A DNA stretch of 64,000 nt from Octopus sinensis (taxonomy: Eukaryota). The stretch covers positions 8,726 to 72,725 of the forward strand of contig NW_021832277.1 in NCBI RefSeq assembly GCF_006345805.1, given 5' to 3'. Both the position numbers and the translations under genes were made by a program. This document shows, one piece after another, positions 55,367 through 64,000 of the stretch (within the stretch, counting starts at the first letter, position 1; each line of letters begins with the position of its first letter). A model generated the notes under the pieces. That model was given only the letters and a program-made list of their open reading frames with translations, had not been told where the DNA came from and searched no databases.

Positions 55367-55406
<40 letters not shown>

Positions 55407-55526
55407 CTATATATATAAAAGAGGAATTTCGGTTGTCCCCACGTGGTGGATTGTGATGTATATAAGAAAAATAAAATTAATAACGGAAAATACGCACACT
55501 TACATGGTTATAGTATAATTTTTAAT

Positions 55527-55561
55527 GTATCGACCGGTTTCGCAATCGCTATTCATGATAC
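55527..55561 (-). ncRNA. Minimal type I hammerhead ribozyme motif with A3:U8 covariant core
   Basis: Minus: GTATC ATGAATA GC gatt GC GAAAC CG GTC GATAC. Confidence 0.7.
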
Positions 55562-56361
55562 AATGTTTAATTTATATGAAAATTGTATATAGAAGGCTTC
55601 TATATAGAAAACAGACCACATGAGCCGTCTGAAAACTAGGACCATCCTTGAGAATGTTGCAGGTCAGGAAAGGAAAGCTGTGTTAGCTTTTTCACGTGAG
55701 GCTAAGTATGAACGACCAGGTTTAGTTTAACCAGACGCGCGAAAATTACAATCTCTTTTTTTTTTTTTGTTTTTCTGACATCTCCAAGTGTCACCTCATT
55801 CGGGAAATCCTTCCTTTCGACGAAGCTTCCGAACTTGTAAAGTGAAAGATACTCATATTTAACATTATATGCATTTTACTAACACATCTCGAATGCTCGT
55901 GAGAAAGAGGGATGCAGTGCTTTATTCAAAATCATACCATTGTTATACGGCTTGGTAGGATCAAAATATTTTACACGATTCGAAACCTTAAAATATATTC
56001 TACACAAAATACAAGAGTAAATACTCTGTCTCAAATTGCTCTCAACATATGGCATAACTGGTCCACATATGACATCAGCATGTATATAAATAAACATTAC
56101 TGGTGAATCACCAGCAGACATTTATTGCTTCGGCTTCTTCCCAGATCTAAATGCTAATAACTATTATCTCCCTTGAGTACAAAGTCCTCACCCCGTTCTC
56201 ATTTATTCTGTCCTCTCCCCCAATAAACGACAATAATATTTATTTAAGACCTTTTCTATGTCTCTACATTTCATATTTTGAAAATTCGGCGAAGTATCGA
56301 TGTCACTCACGGAACAGTCCTCGTGTGCGTCTGTGTGTGTGAGAGAGAGACAGACAGACAG

Positions 56362-56392
<31 letters not shown>

Positions 56393-56425
56393 CCGTCCGT
56401 CCTTACAATGTAAATGATAGATCGG

Positions 56426-56724
56426 GATGGAAGCACTCCGTCGGTTACGACGACGAGGGTTCCGGTTGATCCGAATCAGCGGAACAGCCTGCTCGTGAAA
56501 TTAACGTGTAAGTGGCTAAGCACTCCACAGACACGTGTACCCTTAACGTAGTTCTCGGGGATATTCAGCGTGACACAGAGAGTGACAAGGCCGGCCCCTT
56601 GAAATACAGGTACGAGAGAAACAGGAATTAAGAGTGAGAGAAAGTTGTCGTGAAAGAGTACAGCAGGGATCACCACCATCCCCTGCCGGAGCGTCGTGGA
56701 GCTTTAGGTGTTTTCGCTCAATAA
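56426..56724 (-). mobile_element. SINE family D, 5'-truncated, with 10-bp TSD
   Basis: Homologous to 15575-15850, lacks the tRNA head; gatagatcgg at 56416-56425 and 56725-56734. Confidence 0.9.
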
Positions 56725-57139
56725 GATAGATCGGAATAGGTATTAAGCAAATGTCTCAACATTGAACGACTGAATCCATTTAATCCTATGTAAAGTCGAT
56801 TGAGCAGTAAGATTTATTGCGCGTGGCCTTTTAGAGAAATGCTGGCCGCACGTTCATCAAGTCGATTTGATTCTTGCATCGAACGGCGCACGGGGCCCCT
56901 GGGAAGTCTTCATAATCAGTTGTTTCAGATTACTCAGCTAAAATGCGGGCCCTCTGAGAAAATTTGCTATAATTATATACGCATACGTACATACACACAC
57001 ATATACATAAATACATACATACAATATACATACAAATATAGGTGTGCGCGTATCTATCTATCTATCTCTCTGTATATATAATATAAATATATATAGATAT
57101 ATATATATATATATACATACATACAGACACACATATAAA

Positions 57140-57182
<43 letters not shown>

Positions 57183-57920
57183 GTTGAGCATATATATATA
57201 TAACATGCACACACCACATATATATACACACATACATATATATTTATATATATATATATATATATGTGTTTGTGTGCTTGTGTTTACATATATATATATG
57301 TATATATATATATATACGTATGTGAAATGTATATGTCTATGTATATTTGTATACATGTATCTGTACGTCTGTGAGTGGTATCCCAACGAGATTTTCACTC
57401 TACAAAAACACCCTACCCTTCCCCTAGTCGTTCATATTCTATGAATTCTTCCCACCCTTCGTCTATCTCCACATTTAACAAAACTTGGTCTCAAAGAAAC
57501 AGCACTCTAAGTAACAATGAATATTCATCTCCAGTGACCCAAAATATTATGTTTTATCCGAACCAGACACACATTGAGACGTGTAAGATATATTTAGCTC
57601 CATCGGTTTTCTCTGACCGCAGAATTTAACACTTTCAAGATTTTGGCAGCTGGAATTCACGTTGTTATATCATCTTTCTTATGTTATTTGTGCATTTAAG
57701 TGAGAAATTCTGTAGAAATTTGCATCCTCTCTGACAGCGTATATAAGCGTGTTACATAGATGTATCGGTGCGCATGTCAGTATATATATATATATATATA
57801 TGAGTGTGTGTGTGTGTGTGTGTGTGTGTATTGGTACATGAGTGTGGATGTGGTTATATGTGCATGTATGTAGGTATATAAAATTTCATATTTAAATGTA
57901 AACGCGTGTAATAAGTATGC

Positions 57921-57953
<33 letters not shown>

Positions 57954-58639
57954 CATATATGCATGTGTATGTGTGTATGTATGCATGTTTCATACTTAAT
58001 ACGTCTGGGAAATATTTTTGAGTAATAAATGCAAAGATATTTAAACCTTTCTCACTTACATCAACATCTATATATTTCCGACTCCATTACATCAAAGCGA
58101 AAATTTGATTTAACAATCATAACTCAGACAACTTTTCTTAGTTTGCTTCTGTTCTTGTCTGCTTTCTGCTCGTCTTATCGTTTACCTCGTATCCCATCCC
58201 TCAGTGCTCTTTCAGTCTCATCCGTTCTAAAGCAATTTCATACAGTTTTGCCTCCACCATAATGTAAACTATCTTGAAATAAATCAGTTATCATTCAGAA
58301 GTGTGAAAATAGCAATATAAACAATCAGTGAAAATGTAAACCACAGAAGGGGGAACAGCTTTAAATGTTGTCTTAACTGTAAACAACTGATTGCAGATTG
58401 TCTAAATCGTACGGGTACAAAACTTCATATCATTCATAATAGAAATCCACTTTCAACGTAAAAGGCTGCCAAGTGTACATGTGGAGCAACCCCGTGAGAT
58501 GAGAGGCAGCAGCAAAAATCATTAGAATCTTTTGAAAATAAAATGAAACATTGTTATCGTCACCGATGCTGCATTTTACAACCAGGAACTCATTGCTCTT
58601 CTCTAAAAATATTCTCAAATCATATCATATTCTCTAATT

Positions 58640-58809
58640 GTCTGATGATGATGATGATGATGATGATGAGATGATGATGATGATGATGATGATGATGGTG
58701 ATGATGATAATGATGATGATGCTTGTACATTCATATTTACATTATATATATATACATATAAATATATAGATAGATAGATAGATAGATATAGATAGATAGA
58801 TAGATAAAT

Positions 58810-58886
<77 letters not shown>

Positions 58887-59027
58887 GATAAATAGATATA
58901 TAATATATATAGATAGATAGATAGATAGATAGATAGATTGATAGATAGATAGATAGATAGATAGATAGGTAGATAGATAGATATATAGATAGATAGATAT
59001 ATACATAGATAGATAGATAGATAGATT

Positions 59028-59086
<59 letters not shown>

Positions 59087-59110
59087 GGATAGATAGATAG
59101 ATAGATAGAT
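58640..59110. repeat. (GAT)n and (TAGA)n microsatellites
   Basis: Direct inspection. Confidence 0.92.
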
Positions 59111-60053
59111 AGGTGTAACCAGCAACTATCCATCTATCTATCTTTATACCTATCTATCTATCTATCTCTATCTATATACCAGTGGAGCAGAGGTGAAATG
59201 GACATTGATTCGTGTCTGGAGAATAGAAATTAACACATATATTAATGTGTGCATTGAATTGTGAGTTTGGAAGTGTATCAGGTGAGATATGTGTATTAAT
59301 AAAGCTTAAGGGAAAATGAAACACTTAAAGACGCATAAGTAGATTACGGGAAAGGAAGCATGACGACAAGAATTCATAGAGATCATGGTAAACCAAACGG
59401 GCCGAAAGCTAACCAGAGTCATCAAAACATAACGCAGTCTTTTAATTATTCTTCTGTCTTTTTTTATTTATTCTACCTTATTTCTTTTGTTTCAACCTAT
59501 TGACACATTTCGTCGACAGCTTGGCAAAAATCGTCAGAGTTTTCTTTTGTTTTTCTTGTTGCACTTTCATTTTTACTGCAAATTCGATTATTTTTGTTTG
59601 CAATAGGAACCAACAATCTCTTTGGTTCTTTCTCAATACAATAAATACCTTGAAGGTTGCTTTGACTGTGTTAGTGTTGTCGGTTTTATTATTGTAATAT
59701 TACGTTTATGTTTATGCTTTTGTATCCCGGAATCCGTTAATTTGATTGGTGGAAAGAAATGTATATCTCCCCCCCCCCCAGATAATTCCGAAAAATTCAA
59801 CTGCACTTAATTATATTCCACACAAAGAAGCACCCCGAAAATGGATGTTGCTGAAAAATATTTAACCAATTAGTAATCGCAAAGTATAATCTTGTATCAT
59901 CAATATAATCTTGGCAATTTAAATCTGCTGTACTGTGCAGAAACAAATGTTGAGTATCACTTTCAAATCCTTATACCCTCCATCTTCATGCTATATTATT
60001 CTCAAATGTGCTTGTGTGTGTTTGCACGCGTGTGTGTGTGAGTGCGTGCGAAC

Positions 60054-60085
<32 letters not shown>

Positions 60086-60110
60086 CAATCTATCTATCTA
60101 TATATACATA

Positions 60111-60194
<84 letters not shown>

Positions 60195-60204
60195 CATGCT
60201 GCAC

Positions 60205-60383
60205 ACCGCTGAAATCTACAAGTCTTTTCATTCTCTCTTCTCTTATTTCCTCTTATTCCTTTCCGTTGAAGAGCGTAGGCTCGAAATGTAAAAGGTTTTT
60301 CCATTTGGCCCCAGCGTCAAACTAATACACTTGCTTGATGTTCATACGCTGCCTTCGTCTTTTAGTTTCCTATAAAATTCAGC

Positions 60384-60385
<2 letters not shown>
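60205..60385 (+). mobile_element. Short Penelope-like pLTR family, copy 3, with hammerhead-like motif (60258-60295)
   Basis: CCTTT CCGTTGA A GAGC gtag GCTC GAAAT GTA AAAGG; perfect 5-bp stem I and 4-bp stem II; (TA)n on both sides. Confidence 0.62.
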
Positions 60386-60451
<66 letters not shown>

Positions 60452-61059
60452 TACATACATATACATACTTTCCATATATATGTATAAAACTATAAGATGA
60501 TGTGCAAGCACTCAGCCTCGAACTTTATTACCTCTTATAGAACAAATTGATTACCTAACGCTTTTGACATTCATTAACCGATATTACCCTCTGAACAACC
60601 CCCAACGCTTCCTTATATATCATAAACTGAATTCCAAAACTGCATGCTATTACCCTTATGCCTAAATAATATATATATATATATACACGTTTACATATAT
60701 ATACATATACATATATACATAATTATATATATATTTACTGTCACGCGCGTGTGATATGTGTAAGTTTTTGTGTACTCTCATATCAGATAACCTTGCATTC
60801 TATCAATTCGGTGAATATGATTGTCTAAGCCAAACATATAATATTCTGAAAACTAATATATTATATACAATATTATATGTAATAAGGTTTTCTTTGTGTA
60901 CATTATATTATATTGCACTTATATATTATCTTCTCTAGTTATCGATAAGTTTGATGTTAATTTCGTCTTTTATTCTGCTTTTCGGCTCAAACCTGTGTTG
61001 TAAGCATATAAACTGTGCGTGTGTGAGTGAGTGTGAATCCCTCCCTTACTTGCTTCGCA

Positions 61060-61410
61060 CGTTAGACTGCTGCCAAGCAGGGGAACCGCCTTAAAGAATT
61101 ATTAGCGGAATGTATCGACCCGTGTACGTACTTATTTAAAACCTGGCTGCGTGTTCTAACGGTCCCTTTTCCTCAACCGCTAATGTATGGGGATTTCAAC
61201 ACACCTACAGCGGTTGTCAAGCGGTGCTGTGTGACAAATACAGACACAAAGACATAATCAGATATATATTTATGACAGGCTTCTTTCAGTTTCCTTCTGC
61301 CAAATACATACACAATACTTTGGTCGGCCCGAGGTTAGAGTAGAATATACTAGCCTAAGGTGTCATGCAATAGGACAGAACCCGAAACCATGCGGTTGGG
61401 AAGCAAGCTT
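61060..61410 (-). mobile_element. SINE family A, degenerate
   Basis: cttaccacacagccac, cccgaaaccatgcggttgggaagcaagc, ggcttctttcagtttcc and cggttgtcaagc blocks. Confidence 0.8.
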
Positions 61411-61653
61411 CTTACCACACAGCCACGTCTCCCTCTCTTTATTTCTCCCACTCTTTATCTCTCTCTCTCGCTGTATATATATATATATAATGTATGTATA
61501 TATATACGTGTATACATGTCTGTGTATATGTATATATATATGTACACACACACACACATATATGTATATAGTTACATATATGTATATATGCATGTATATA
61601 TATGTGGATATATGTATATATGTATATGTATATTTTATATAAATATGTGCATA

Positions 61654-61689
<36 letters not shown>

Positions 61690-62109
61690 CAACACACATA
61701 TATATATATATATTTGAATATATGCATATATGTATTTGCATATATATATATTTGTATATATGTATATATTTGTATGATGCCTATATATATATATATATAT
61801 AATATATATATATATATAATATATATATGTATGTGTGTGTGTGTGTATAAATGAATAAATATATATGCACACACATATATACAGGTGTGTGCGTGTGTGA
61901 AAAACAATTTCCTACATTAATGCTTCTTGCCTTCCAACACATTTTATTGCTTCTTGTCTTTCAACAAAAGAATTGGAAAACAACACAGAGATTGTTTGAC
62001 ACGTGTAAACAAAGAATAAACGGTTCGCAAATGAAAAATGTCACATGAGGAACGAAAGTAAACAATGGAGGTTAAAGTACTACAGCATCCGCAACGCCAT
62101 CCCCGACAA

Positions 62110-62147
62110 CAAATACATCAATAATAATAGCAATGATAATAATAATA

Positions 62148-62203
<56 letters not shown>

Positions 62204-62539
62204 AATAATGATGATGATGATGATGAGATGATAATATAATAATAATGATGATATGATGATGATGATGATGATGATGATAATAATAATAATAATGATGATG
62301 ATAATAATAATAATGATGATGATGATGATGATGATGATAATAATAATGGATGATGATGATGATGATTATATAATAATATGTGATGATGATGATGAATGAT
62401 AAATAGTAAGAAGAAGAAAAGAAGAAGAAGAATGATGTGATGATGATGATGATGATATTGATGATGATGATGATGATGAAATGATATAATAATAATAATA
62501 ATGATGATGATGATGATGATGATGATAATGATGATGATG

Positions 62540-62583
<44 letters not shown>

Positions 62584-62680
62584 TGATGATGAAGATGATG
62601 ATGATGATGATGATGATGATGATAATAATAATAATAGTAATAATGATGATGATAATAATAATAATAATAATAATAACGTA
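62110..62680. repeat. (GAT)n/(AAT)n microsatellite
   Basis: Direct inspection. Confidence 0.95.
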
Positions 62681-64000
62681 AATATTCATGCCTATATATT
62701 TTTTTCTGTTACCTTGCCAATTTAATTCAAATATATGCATTAATGACAATTAATGATTTCTTTTTTGTAGGCTTCAAGCCAAATTTTCACAAGACATATG
62801 TTTTGATATACACCGTTGAATTCTACTTCGTTCCGAGACACAATGTGGTTCATAGTCAATCGTTTGATTCAAGCATCGTAAACTATTTCCAATCTCTTTC
62901 CCTCCCTCCCCCCCTCACCTTTGATTTAAAGAGTCCTAATTGTCAGATTTTCACTGCATGTTACTGTAATATTTAACCAAGTCTCACACATAAATTTGTA
63001 ATTGCTTTCTAATGTTCCTGTGTTGAGTTCACGGACTAATAAAAATACACTTAAAGCATATCTTTTGGCTGATGGTACTTTTATCGCAGACTTTCTATGA
63101 CATGATGATAATCGATTTTGATCTTACGCATTTCTTTCAGGAACTATGTTGGAATAGTGAGACGGCAAATGTTGGAACATAATCATGAATTTTCTACATT
63201 ATTATTTGTTTTTTGTTATGTATTTTGATTCTAGAGACAATGAGAGCCCGTGACCAGTTAGAGGCAAAGAGTTATCCTTAAACTAAAGACAGCTGGATGC
63301 CATGAAGAGAGAAGGCCCACGAACGTACTAAGAATTTCAGGTGATGGTGTTAATCTTTGCAACGGATTAAGTCTATCACCTAACTACACCGTGGCAGGAT
63401 TGGAACTTAGAATGTAAGGAACCGAAGCAAATAATATAAGGCATCTGACATGACATTCGGACAGTTCCACTAATTCCTTGCGTTATGTGATACTTCATTA
63501 TCGACACCGAATAATTAAATAACAAATTTTGCCCCGACTGATTTTAACTCATAGGGCACACAGAAGAAAGAAATAGCGTATTGACAGGGCTGTTTTGGTT
63601 CTTTGACAGAGAATCTTTAGCAGATTCGGTTAAAAGCTTGTGCGTTTGCTGCAACATATTTTTGTAAAAGGAACGAATGATACTGGTAACTGAGAATACA
63701 AACTTGAGAATTTGTGGTCGTCTTTTTGCGTATAATTTTGGCACATGCGCAGTAACTTATAATTATTATTTTTATCGTGTCATTTAACTCGTAGAAATAC
63801 GTGGATTTAACAACGTAAACAAAATTTTAACAACTACCTAAATATTATGTAGAGGTGGTAGTCACGGATATCGTGCCACAGCACACCACAGTATCTCTGA
63901 TGTACAGTGGGTTGATGTCTATTATATCCTCTCTATTGATAAATAAAGTCAACCACGTCGGAATTTCAAACGCCATAAAAATTCGTAATTTAATATCCCA

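Noticed and set aside
57375-57629. Ser-rich 84-aa ORF
   Set aside because: GTG start, no good splice acceptor, no recognisable similarity.

Overview
AT-rich, microsatellite-dense eukaryotic DNA that looks intergenic or intronic. The SINE families and the (TA)n/(AAT)n/(TAGA)n/(TATG)n landscape look like an Octopus genome (recognition, not a database result). I cannot support any host protein-coding gene; nearly all listed ORFs are translations of simple repeats. The window contains four tRNA-derived SINE families (several copies with target-site duplications), 3' ends of CR1/L2-type and probable R4/Dong-type LINEs, and a decayed Penelope-like RT fragment. It also has a mariner 5' fragment, a near-complete decayed Tc1-type transposon with DD36E spacing, and two inverted-repeat elements. 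The most interesting signal is a set of about 8 hammerhead-ribozyme-like motifs. One has a canonical core and sits in the loop of a ~560-bp foldback element. One is a 35-nt minimal motif with a compensatory A3:U8 swap. One family of three copies shares U at the normally conserved core position A6.
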